Assembly: GCA_051362555.1 (NCBI GenBank)
Contig: CM120640.1
Coordinates: 6,076,001-6,140,000 of the forward strand
DNA from: Lingula anatina
Taxonomy: Eukaryota > Animalia > Brachiopoda
Direction: 5' to 3'
DNA: 64,000 nucleotides
Position 1 is the stretch's first letter. Each line of letters begins with the position of its first letter. Under the pieces are notes generated by a model. That model worked only from the letters and a program-made list of their open reading frames with translations. It was not told the DNA's origin and ran no database searches. Shown here in pieces: positions 51,772-64,000 of this stretch. A program made the position numbers and the translations under genes.

Positions 51772-53473
51772 AAAGAGACCTGGGTGGGAGGGCACTAAGA
51801 GCGCGATGAGAGGATGAGAGGCATCCCAAACGGCTCGTGATGGCTGTCCTCAAGGACATCTCAGAAGGAAGGTTGGAAAATGCATTAGATAATTTTGAAA
51901 GCCCGTTACTTTTTAGGAAGAAACCACGAAGTTTGTTGTTTGAAACAAACTATCACTTGAGTAATATATTTTTGTTAAAAAACAAATTATCCTTCTAAGC
52001 TACAATTATAAGGTGTTTGGCAGTGTTTCCGTTAATCGCCTCTTGTTAAAGCTGAAGCTCTCAGTAGGCACGTGCAAAAACCGTGCGTCTATAGATAATA
52101 ATAAAAAAAACTTATAGGAAAATGTTATGAAATTTAGGTCTACCACGTTCAAAATATTTAATTTGGATAAGGCATCTAAAAGATACCATAAAAAGAAGCT
52201 CCAACCTACCGGTGAGCTGTGGGAGATAAAAATTAAGATCTTGCCCTTTTTGCTGTTTGGGAAATTATATATAACTACAGAAGAAGAATGGTTCAAAGGA
52301 TGAAAAACAAAGACGGTCAGGTCACAACCGTACAGGAACGGTCCAAAATATATTTTTTTCTTTTTAATTTTTTTATTCTAAGTTTAACTTTGCACTGATC
52401 TATTTGGAGGAAAATTAATTGATTAGCACCACATTCTAGGATGAAGATAAAATATAAATAACCAGCCATAAAGATGTCTTAAAATTATCCTTCTATTATC
52501 TTTCCTATTTTAGGTCTATCCAAAATGTCGTCCCCCAATTTTATATGTTGCGCCAGTAATACAGGGTGAAGACTTTCTACCCGGTAGCTCAGACGTCATC
52601 TTGAATTTGTCTTTTTGTAATTGCAAACAGGAATACCACTAGTGTAGCGTAGAAATTCAAAAGTTTAAGCTTATATCATAATCAAAAGACTACACAGATG
52701 AATTTTCATCAAAGAATACGATTTATATGAAAGAGTGTATTTCATAAACGTAAACCGGTGGGTATTGGGATTGATTTCAAATAAATAAAGGCAAACCTCA
52801 GTAGTGTCACGCCGGGAGGTTTGAATAAAATGCGCCTTACAGGTTATTGGGTTCTTACAGTTACGACATAAAGCCATTGCTAAGACACTATCTATTCTTA
52901 AAGTGTTTTAAAATGATCTGACATCCCGCTATGAACGCTAAATCTGTCTTTGCTTTCGAAAAGAAGGGGATTTTAAAAAGGAAAAAACCAAAGATTGCAT
53001 TTCTATAGGCACTCATTTGATTCAAGACGCTTTACAAGTGTATAGTCATATTAAAATTTCCCTAAATGTTTTCTTTTTAATGTTATTTGTCGGAACATGT
53101 TTATGAGAAAATTATATGATTTACGTCGTCTGGGCAGTATTTGTCACTTTTTACCAGGAGCTTTTCTTCGCTTTGCGGCAATTGCATTCTCATGTTTGAC
53201 AGCCTTTTAAATTCTTCCATGTTGTAGTTATTGCAAACAGTGCATCAAAATTTAGATTTAAAATCTTGCAAAAAAGATTAAAGACTGAATGCAGAAGTTT
53301 AAATGACCTTGAGAGCCATTTCTGGGGGCTCCAGGTCCCTCCTCTGGGTCAGTTTTACAGGAAAAATAAATCTGGTAGACAAGTAAATTATCTATACGGC
53401 ATCAAACCATGAGGAAAGCAAATTATCGTTGGTATAAACATGCAGTGTTCGTAATCTCTCTCCCTCCGTCCTT

Positions 53474-53475
<2 letters not shown>

Positions 53476-53520
<45 letters not shown>
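53476..53520. repeat. (CA)n microsatellite upstream of the first FABP gene
   Basis: Directly visible. Confidence 0.95.
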
Positions 53521-53523
<3 letters not shown>

Positions 53524-53677
53524 GCAATGATTAATGACATAATTGAGAGCGCCACCTGTGATCTGGCGGAGTCCGCGGCAGAATAAGGTCATCGTGCCGC
53601 ATGTGATCAGTCCACACGGTCAGTGTAGCGTTCATATACCAGAAGAACTCCTTCAAGACCGCAGAGATCACTTAGAG

Positions 53678-56600
53678 ATGGCAGGACTGGAAGGAAAATG
53701 GAAACTCATAGATTCTAAGAATTTTGAGGAGTACATGAAGGCAGTTGGTGAGCTTTTATCTATTTGAGACGTATTTCATTCTATAAAACACCTGGGCGTC
53801 TTTCAGAATGCTATGAGCTGAAGTAAAATCACAATTAAATGTGCAGGCTGGGTCTTCCGGAAGACGGTCAGATTTTCAAGTTTACATTGGCGGGTATCTA
53901 ATTTTTTCTGACGGAAGACGGTCAAAAATGAAGAACAGATCAACAAAGATAATTTGGAAGACTGTCAGGAAATATCTCTGGATCCGCCCCTGATGTGTGT
54001 ACTCTGCATTGGATTGAAATTTGTAAACGTAGGCCTATATGCAATCCAAAACGAATGTGTTATACGTATGTATATTTTGTAGTATGATAAGTAGCCCCAC
54101 AAAGAGTTTGAGTTTATAATGATGAAGCGTTCTGATACTTAAAACTCGCTCCCACGACCTGTATAATCTACAGGAGACCTTGATGAGACATATAAACTGC
54201 AAGGCTTTGAAACACGGCCGCACAAACGCAGAGGCCAAAGTCCAATTTTGTAGCCTTTGATTTGAATGACAAAAACTTTTCAGAACTTAATGTATTAAAT
54301 GATTGTAATTTGTATGTAACTGGATGTATTATTGAGTTGCTGTATTTTAATTATTAACAGTTCGGTGGGCAGGGTATTTAACATTTAAGTCTTGTGCAGT
54401 GTACAGTAGCTCGTCCAGTATACCCCAAAAGTTGCATCGTCAGTGCATCGCGTTATGAGGATCGTAAATGACGAATATAGTGCATTAATTAGGATTATCA
54501 TGCAATAAGTGCTGTTCAGTCTGTTCAGTGAATGAGTGAAGTGATCGTGCCTCAGTTACCAGGCTGAGCTGCAAGTCCTTGGTGAATTTACAGCCGAATT
54601 TACACAAATCCTGTAATCTGCAAGCAGGCACTATCTGGCTATGCGCCGACATGCCGTTTCTAGTACGCCCTGGGATTACCCCCTTCTCCCAGACAGTATT
54701 GGAAAGAACGATGTTGCCGTCAGTCAGATCAGTGAAGCAGAATCATAGAATATCATTATGTACTGCAACCCAGTCACAACCCTCCAAGAGGTTATCGTGT
54801 CGACCGCACTCAACCTCCCAGTTCTAAGTAAGATCTCTGTAATGCTTGCGAGGCCGTGATGATTACACAGCAGCCAGAGACTCAGCTAGTCAAACGTACT
54901 AGTTATGAGGCGCTCATTTTCCGAGACGAAAATTCTATGTTAATTATCATTGCGTGTGTCTTACATTAACACTTGCACATTAGACGTTTTATTCCATGTC
55001 CTTTTTTATCCTTAATGGGCAACCTGAACGTTGCACTTTACCGTTGGTATCGCATCCAGACGTACTGATACAACACAGGGTACACGCGCACTTCTCAAGT
55101 TCAAAGGGCGAGATACCGATATTTACGTGAAAAAGGAACTCCATTTTGACTAGACTGACTCTGTCTCAATATTTCAAGAAAAGTTCAAACTTTAAAGACT
55201 TGTTTTGAAATTGTTTCTCATGGCAAATGTTATACATTTTCTGTGACGAAAGTTAGGGCTTTTTATGTATGACTAATATCCGTCATAAAATCTACCAAAT
55301 TCAATCGTTTATCGAAGTTTTAAAGTATATTTGTTCTTTATTTCAGGTGTTGGGGCTGTTATGCGAAAACTCGGAGCAACGGCAAAACCCAGCCAGGAGA
55401 TCTCGCGAGATGGCGACAAGTTCACAATAAAAACTAAAAGTGCGGTGAAAAACACAGAAATCACTTTCACTCTTGGACAGGAGTTTGAAGAAACCACTGC
55501 AGACGGCAGGAAAGTGAAGGTATCCCTATTTAAAAAAGAGATAGAGAAGTGATTCTAAAGAGGCTGAAATAAGGTTAGAAAAATCCAACATAGTGTCATG
55601 GGATGTCGTCTCCTATTAAATAAAATCACCGTTTCAAAATAGATTCATTGTCAGTGTCGGAGAAGGTGGAAAGTAAATTTCAAAGTTATAGATATGGCAG
55701 CAAGTAAACCTCGATGCACCGTCTGTGATTTGCATGACTACCGTACGATGTAGGGCACACACAAGTTCAGTGGGCCCGAATTAGTACAGGGAACAATTTA
55801 TAAATTAATCATGGAAACCTTATTTATGATAAAAGGCTGTCTGGGGTTTAATTATTAACAGCTGTCATTGCCGCAGTTGTGTGAACAATACATTAAGTGC
55901 AAGAGACAAACACAGGATTCAAAGTTTAAGATACATTTTATGTGATAACGGAGGCAACTCCCAGGGTTACACCCCCATTTACCCTTGTGGCTTCATTTGA
56001 AAATCACATTTTAGCGCCGAATCAACTACTGTCTAATAGATGCATCGCTTAAAAATCACGATAAAACTGTTAATTTTCTCAATAAATTTTCTGAAGCACT
56101 ACAATTACGACAATAGATGGTATTTGAACTCTAAGAACAATGAAAACAGGCAAATCTCTCGTGTACATTGTTTAGATCGATTACGTACTTGTTGATGGCC
56201 TTTAGACAGGGATGGCACCGCACGTGATAAGAACCAACGCCAGTATCTTGATACTGTGTGCAAGTTTAATATTTGTCTCGAAGACAGGTGTTCTGTTATT
56301 CCTGAAATACTATTCTTTGTAATTTTTTTTACTTCATAATATTCTTCACCGGGTGCCTAAACCTACGCCAAGGGGGGGGGGGGGTCAGCTTTGCCCCCCC
56401 CCCCTCAAATAATCCTGGATCCACCCCTGTCTAAATATGTCTTTTTGACATTCAATTATAGACCTTGGTTAATTCAAGAATATTTCAGTCATCCTGTATT
56501 CAAAAATGTGCTACAAAAATGACCTAGCTTATAATGACTCTGTGGTTAAAGACACTGGGAATTGCTGTTATCGTGGGAATATTACTGTCGATAAAGTACC

Positions 56601-57852
56601 CATTCAAATGGCATGTTTACCCACGGCGTGTTAGATAGCACCTTGCAAGCAATTGGCCGTTCTTTTACCGGTCACTCAACGCACACCCGGCGGAAACTGT
56701 TCTACTACAAGTCTCAATTTTTTATGTCCAAACTGCTTCAGATTTTCACCTAACGTTACATGATGGCTGAAGAAGTTAATTATGTCTTGAAAACTTTGTC
56801 CAGATAATTGCTTATAATTACATTGTTGTTGTAAAACATATCGATTTCATTTGATAGAAAAGTTTTTCAATATTTGGCAGCTTAAACACATGTGGATTAT
56901 CAGTGAGAAGTTAGCTCAATAGAACCAATTAAATTGGATCAGGTGTCTACATCTCCAGATTAATGCGTTTCTCTGACCATTATAGAATATCAGTAAACAA
57001 ATGCGTTTTTCATCAATAGATCATCTCGTGTTGCCCGCCGAGAATATTATGCTTTGCCGTTGCCCAGAGTCTCTGTAGGTCGCTCCCATTAATATTATAC
57101 AGGCATACCATGTACCGCTATCTTGCCGTAGACTTTTCTTCTACATACCCCTCTCTGAGTCAGCCTCTTATCTGGTTTATGATACGGACTCTCAATTTCC
57201 ATTGAGTAACATGCATTGATAACTCTGTTTTATAGAGTATATGTTTTCTCTTCGTATCGAAATTTCATGAGAGCCAGAATCGATTACTTAATGTTTCAAC
57301 GTGTTTCAGAGTGTTGTGACACTGGACGGGGATAAACTTGTCCATTCTCAGAAAGGTGACATCGATTCCACCATTACCAGGGAAATCATCGATGGGAATA
57401 TGGTCATGGTAGGTGATGGCTTTATGTCGAGGGTTATTTCCGTATCTGTATCGTGTTTGGTGGTGAATTTATGTGAGAATTTATGTTAGGTATTAAAGTT
57501 TTCATACAGAATAGAAATAAATAGCGAATTAAAGAAATTAATGGTATTCATGACGTCAACGAATTAAAGGTATTACTTTGATTATATCGGCAGAATTGTG
57601 TTGAACTATTTCATGCTTGTGCATGTAGAATAAAAACTTGAACCGAATGCAACAAGTGCTTGTTTTATTTTCAAAGATATATAGAAAGTGTGTGCTGAAA
57701 CCAGGCATTTAAATTATACATAATAATGCAACGGGAACTTCTTTAAAAAGGAAAAAGTACCGTCTTGGAAACTAACGAAAGAGTGTTATTATTCATTTCA
57801 GTATGTCAGTGCCAAAGACGTAACCTGCACGAGGACGTACGCGCGTGAATAG
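53678..57852 (+). CDS. FABP: Fatty-acid-binding protein (canonical, FABP3/7-like), 130 aa
   Basis: Exons 53678-53747, 55347-55519, 57310-57408, 57802-57852, the classic 4-exon iLBP layout. [45 protein letters not shown]. Confidence 0.95.
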
Positions 57853-58202
57853 AGACAGTAACTGACTGTATGCGGGAAATAACCATGACATAAATAGATA
57901 AATTCATATGGATTTGTAAATATTTAAGAAAAATCGTATAAACTTTGCCAAGCCAGAGCCAGACAAGATAACAGAGTCAAGAGGAAACACCAACTACCGA
58001 AAGTATCACTGAGATGCTGGCCGAGATGAACCACTGGTGGGTGTATAACAGTGGGATGTGTTTGTGGTTCCACCCTGCCCAGCGCAGCGAAAAGTGCTCA
58101 ATTTTCAACGTGATCAATGTGAAATAAAATTATCAGTATTCTGTTTTTGTTGATTTTAGTTGTATTCTATACAAATCTGTTTTTCACAATGCATTTATCC
58201 CG

Positions 58203-58238
58203 TCTCTCTCTCTCTCTCACTCTCACTCTCACTCTCTT

Positions 58239-58288
<50 letters not shown>
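58203..58288. repeat. Compound (TC)n(TG)n microsatellite
   Basis: Directly visible. Confidence 0.9.
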
Positions 58289-58289
<1 letters not shown>

Positions 58290-58720
58290 TTGACTCTCTG
58301 TGGTTGACTAAGGGTGGGGATTTATTCATCCATTGCATTATGCTACATGTGCATGAATTTACATATGCTTCACAGTAAATAACGCTAAAAAGTCTCAGAA
58401 TGACTGCATTTATACCCGGAGTAACAGTGGATTAGGGAGACCTGGGCATGGTCCGACTATAAGAATATGAGACAACCCCGCCTAACCATGGGTTAATATA
58501 TGTGTCACCTGACTTGGTAAATATTTATCCTTTGTTAAAGTTTGAAGTACAGAGTGTATTGAAAAGCTGGCTGTAGTCGGCTAAGGCATTGCAGCTAATA
58601 AGCAATACTTTGCATTAGCTCACAGCGCGTGTACCTCATAAAAGATGTGTAAACGGGGTCGGGGTTCTCAGATGTCCACTGTTGTACAACCCACAGAAGA
58701 CCAAGATACAGCCGTGCAAG

Positions 58721-59691
58721 ATGGAACCATTTTTAGGAAAATGGCAATCATTGCCCCAAAATAACGTAGAGTTTGGTGCGTTTTTGAAGGCAACAGGTGG
58801 GTCATCTTTAGCAAAAAAACAAGGGCTGTGACTGCTGTGGTCACATTTATTCGTTTTGAAGCTCTTAGCCAATTTTGATTCGCTATGTACTTAGCTTTCA
58901 TATCTTTTGCATAATAAATTAAAACCAAGAATTGTGCTAATACATCAGGCATGAGCCAGGAGCAGGTGGAGGGGTACCAGAAGATGAACAGTGAGCACCC
59001 AGACATCGTCACCTTAACCCAGGAGGGAGATCAGTTCAAGACGCACACGGTGTGCGGACCCGTCGTCATAGAACACACCTTCAAGCTGGGGCAGACGTTT
59101 GTGGAAACCATGCCGCCAGAAAACAAACAGTGCAAGGTGATTGTAGCTTATGTTAAGATATGTCGCACTTAGTCTGGAATTTCATTTTTAATAAGTGTTA
59201 CATTCGTCATATCAAGAATGTATTACATTGGTAACGCGTTCTTGATCACATGTATATTCTTTTATTTTATATCGTAACATTTATATCAATATTTACCATT
59301 CAAAAGAATTAATGATTGTTCATAATTTGAGATAACAATAAGTGCAGTTCACTTAAGTATAAGATTACAAACTGCCTGGTTAATAATTATTGAACAATTA
59401 TGATTTGTGAACAAGTTTTTTATTGCTACAGATGACATTCAACCTGGTGAACGGAGCACTGGAAGACGATACAGAAATGGAGGGAGTGAAAATGAAACAT
59501 TCCAGGACCGTATCAGGCGATGAAATGACCATGGTATGATTTTGAATGCCGTCATAATCATAAGAGTGAAACTCTCTTGATAAATAATTTAAAATTGTGA
59601 CCTCTCCGCCCCCCCCCCCAAAAAAAAAACAAACTACAAATGAAGTTTCAAAAATTTCTATTGAATATAGTATCTGATAAGGAAAAGAAAA

Positions 59692-59731
<40 letters not shown>

Positions 59732-59806
59732 CAACATATTTTCTATATTTTCCAGGTAATGTCAGCTGGAGGAAAGTCTTGCATTCGTATGTATAAACGA
59801 ATCTGA
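58721..59806 (+). CDS. Divergent fatty-acid-binding protein paralog, 138 aa
   Basis: Exons 58721-58796, 58949-59136, 59432-59533, 59756-59806. MEPFLGKWQ, HTFKLGQTF, HSRTVSGDEMTM, CIRMYKRI; same intron phases as the first FABP. Confidence 0.9.
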
Positions 59807-60863
59807 GAGACGCCGACCTTAGCGACAATGTTTGACACTGAAGAATATTCTTGGCGCTGCATATCATTAGAATCTGACACAACAGCTTTGTTCTCTTTTA
59901 TTTCATTTTTATGTGAATTTTATTATTCCTTTATGCAAAACAGTAAAGTGAGCACTCATTTAGCAGGATAAAGTCTACTTTTCAAGTAGCATTTTTTAGT
60001 ACAGATTTCTTTTATTTAGAACAACTGTTACTGGAATTTTGATTTTTTTTCTCTGTGTATCTTTTTTCTAAAATATGGAGAAATACATGCTATTGTAGCA
60101 AAACAATGAATCTTGTTGTTCCTAACGTCAGAAACATGCTATAAATTGCTAATATTTATTTCGGTCCTCCAACAATTCCGAGTAGAAAACCCTACATCAT
60201 TGTAAAAATTTATAAATTGTATAGTTTAAAAGGACAATGAAAAACCGCAAAATTATAATGTATTTTTTCTTCCTAAATAAAAATATCCACCATAACATAA
60301 AAAGCGCTCTGTTAAGAAGATGACGTGATAATGTATATGCACGCTTAGTTGAGAGGACAACAAATGCAGTTGTTTTCACGAACTTTTTTGAGACCAGATT
60401 CATTCAATTTCGAGATTATTGAACAGTAATAGCAGTTCAAATATACATGGATTGCAAATTAATCATTAAACGACAGCCTCTCACGTGCAGTCAATCATGC
60501 TATGTATAATCTAACAATGAAAAAACGTTGCGTTGGATTTTGCACGTAGCCATAGTAATGATTAAATAACTCGTGTGCGATTTGCTCGTTGCTCTGTATA
60601 GTGGAATTGTTTGCTTTACATTTGCCTATCTCCACACATATATTCATGCATATATGCCATTGAGGCCTATTGACACCGTTAACATGATTGATTAATGACT
60701 AACTCTCGTATCGCGATGACTAATCGTGTCAAGGTTTTTAAGGGTGCCACGTAACCAGGGTTCTATATATATTTGATTCCTGCCAGTCTGCGGCACATTG
60801 AATCGTGCCGATTTGCGTTAACGAGCCCCCAGCGCCTTTGCAAGCGACTGAACAGACTTCAGT

Positions 60864-63030
60864 ATGGACAAATTCATTGGAAAGTGGCAACTGGCCAGTA
60901 GCGACAAACTCAAAGAGTATATGGATGCAGTAGGTGAGCTGTTTAAATTTGTTTTTAAAGACAAAAACAGAAAACAAATAAAAGTAGTTTTTTTAAAAAA
61001 AGGGGAGTGTCTTTTAAAAATGTATGAGTAGCAGCTGAATTGTTAACTCTAAAAAATAAGCAAAATGCTCTATTATTTTTGTATGTATTTCATAGATGCA
61101 TTACTTCATTTATCAATCCAGTTTAGAATCTAAATCACTCTAGTTCACGGATTAATGACCATTATGATATTTTCTACAAATAAGCAGGAGTAGCTTTGTG
61201 TTAACGCCCATTGCTCAGAACGCAAGCGTCTCCCCGCGTTTTCTCTATGCCAGTTACACAAAGTTGCATACAAGTGTGGCTGGCAATCGAGAAAAAAAGC
61301 CTACGTAAAGCTTTAAATCAAAAGTTTGCGTTAATTTGCAAAATAATGCCCCTGTTTCCCACTATGTATGCGATAAATCATACGTTACTTTCTCGCTGAC
61401 TAGTGGTGCGCTGCTTCTCGAAAAAATCTTGTGCTGAAATAAAAAGGGAAATCAATGCACCTCATACGGAGATAACCCATTGGAGCGAAGACATATCAAT
61501 AAGTTTTAAAGATAACGTCTCTTAAAAGCAAAGTAAAGAAAGAGATTATCCCCTCAATTCGCCCTGGCCCACTTTCGGTTTTGCCTGCTTAGCTGGGGGT
61601 CGCTAAAAAGGGGCGGTGAACCAGGCGGACCACGGGCACACGTGCAGAATCGCTATCGGCATGATAATCTCATTTAACGTCTGGGGTTTAATTTTAGTAC
61701 CAGATTACATACAGTCTCTTGAATGGTAGTCTTTGAACGGTGTAAATCAAGTTCGAAGGAGATAAGAGATATGGCTTTGCACACGGTTTTGTTCAAATTA
61801 AATTTAATGGAATTGACACAAATGATCCGCTTTGTATTGCTTGATAATTAGGGTACCTAGGTGCGACCGAAACTAATTTATTTGACGCCGTAGCACGGGT
61901 CACGACTGTTAAACCGTTCTGCTTTTAGCGTTAAGGTAGTGACTTATGACACAACTACACACACAGATTACACGTAACTGTATAATCTGAAAGGCTTTCT
62001 TTAACACTACAGAAAAAATATTCAACTGTGCTAATGATAACCGTTGAGACAATTTACCAATTCATTAAACATGACTTACATTTATTCTGTCACTGTTTCG
62101 TTTTAATAAGTTGGCTTATGAAGTTCTGTTGTTTTGAAATGGTGCAAGAAGAACGAAAATGACAAGCGTAATGCACATGTAATTGTAATATATCATTTTT
62201 ACTCGTAAAGAGAAAATGAGTGGCACATTATGTCTCATACCTATATCTTGTCTTGCACAGAGGTCGCTGAGGAGTTCCAGCAAAAAGCTCTCGCCGTGCT
62301 GAACCTGGAGGCCAAGCCAACCCACGAGTTCAGCCAAGATGGCGACAAGTACACCCTAAAAACTATCACCGGCACGAAGACAGAAGAGATGACATTCAAA
62401 CTGGGGGAGGAGTTTGAACACACTGCCTTTGACGGGAGAACTGGCAAGGTGAGCGCCACACGGAAACTTAATAATGTCTTCCCTTCTTTAAATAAAGACT
62501 AGGTGACAGAGTGACATATTCAATTATAAAGAAATATAAAGATTTATAAAGATTTATTAATTTATTTTTTCATTCATTTTGTGTGGTAGAGGCACAAGAT
62601 GGAGTACAACCTGGGTGAGTTAGCAGATTGCGACAGCTTCTCAAACACATTTGCCCATTTAATTTTAGGTCTTGTTAACAATGGACGGTGATGTGTTAGT
62701 TGAGAAGTGGACGATGAACGACCTTGTTTCCCTCAACAAACGTGTCGTGAGCGGAGATGAATTGACTTATGTAAGTAACATGCCACATTACCAACGTCGA
62801 TTTTTCTGGTTCTGACAGTAACATGTTTAAGTAAGGGAAGAGTCGAACAGTTTGGAATAATCTTACCTTTCTCTATGTCAGAGAAACAAATTAAGAAACA
62901 CAAAATACGATTTTTAAAACTGACGCTGAGAAGCATGCACGTCACACAAAATATTTAACTAACTATTGTTATTTTTCAGACTTTGACAGCCAAAGACGTC
63001 GTCTGCACAAGAAAATACAACCGCGTGTAG
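60864..63030 (+). CDS. Fatty-acid-binding protein paralog, 136 aa
   Basis: Exons 60864-60933, 62261-62448, 62669-62770, 62980-63030. MDKFIGKWQL, TFKLGEEFEHTAFDGR, NKRVVSGDEL, CTRKYNRV; TATA-like CTATATATA at ~60764. Confidence 0.92.
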
Positions 63031-64000
63031 GGACCATCAGCGCCACGACTTCCTTCAAAAATAGACTTCTTCCTGGGCACAGATCAGACGCTGAGACCCA
63101 GTGACAAACTGCAGAAACTGCTTTTTTTCTTTTCATTTTTGCAATCAGCATCATCGCCGAATAAACACACTCACCTATTACAAACAGCAAAGTGTATAAT
63201 TCCTGGTCGGCCAGTAATCCATAGCTTTCCCTGGCTTTCCTTGGGTGATCAGCTCTGTGGCGTACGTGCAGGACGGGATCACACGGGCTCATGGCAGTGA
63301 CTGTGATAGTTTGCTTCTCTACTTGACAGAAACGGCTTTTTACAGCGCATTTCAGAATAATTTTACACGCGTAAAAAGTCGGTAAGGCACTGGCGGGCAA
63401 CGTTCAGTGATAACACCCCGGCTGCAACTTAAGCAAAAGAAGGTCGTTTTGATACATGCTTCGACACAAAACACGTTAGTATTGGTGATAATGCCGCATT
63501 CGGCGTTATTTCAGTGAAAATATGCGTAACGAATACAATAAAATCTTGGGGTTATCATCAACACGTGCATTGGCGTTTTTAATTTCTCATAGTTTATTTT
63601 CTTTAATGTATCCCATGCTTCTTGACAATTAAAATGCATACATATTATTTGGGCACATTTTTAAGGAAAATATAACAGCTTAGGAAATGTTTTTTTTTTT
63701 TATTTACTGGATAAAGTCATCTTGATTCAAGGCAAAATAGCATTAGCAAAACCACTCGCTCCGAATGTTATGTCGTTTCTTCAAAGAAATGCAGCATATT
63801 CAAGAAATGTTTTGTTATTTACTGGTTCTAAGTAAATCGATTCAAAGGAAGTTAATTGCGGAACCTCTTACCTTAAAAGTTAAACCAGACTGGTTTTCCG
63901 TAAAACAATTGGGGGGGGGGGGTCAATAATCGTGAAACAAAGATAAAGACAGATAAAAAAGCAAGATAAAATAATATTTCAAATGCCCACCACTACTTAA

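Noticed and set aside
1-64000. tRNA, rRNA, snoRNA or SECIS elements
   Set aside because: No convincing A/B boxes, cloverleaf or C/D-box-plus-stem pattern seen by eye; an Infernal/Rfam scan would be needed to exclude them.

Overview
AT-rich, intron-rich animal genomic DNA, most likely an invertebrate lophotrochozoan such as a mollusc (inferred from gene content and repeat types, not proven). Ten spliced protein-coding genes can be rebuilt with GT-AG junctions and consistent phases: the 3' end of myosin-XVIII (+), a CASTOR/GATSL arginine-sensor homolog (-), PRCC (+), a KCTD7/14-like BTB gene (-), a microbial-type PtpB/IphP-like cysteine phosphatase (+), a ~1800-aa NWD2-like DUF4062-NACHT-WD40 protein ending in a CaaX box (+), SLX1 (-), and three tandem FABP genes (+). 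The first ~28 kb is compact, with two head-to-head promoters and two pairs of abutting 3' ends. The 38-49 kb interval is a nest of non-autonomous DNA transposons with a ~157-bp satellite. No CRISPR array, tRNA or rRNA was found, and no clear multi-gene novel system. The best leads are a CASTOR with a remodelled ligand pocket (Ser111 to Pro), the microbial-type phosphatase, the possibly prenylated STAND protein, a perfect 130-bp foldback with a 9-bp TSD, and a satellite-carrying element between two (TG)n tracts. All comparisons to known proteins are from memory; no database search was run.
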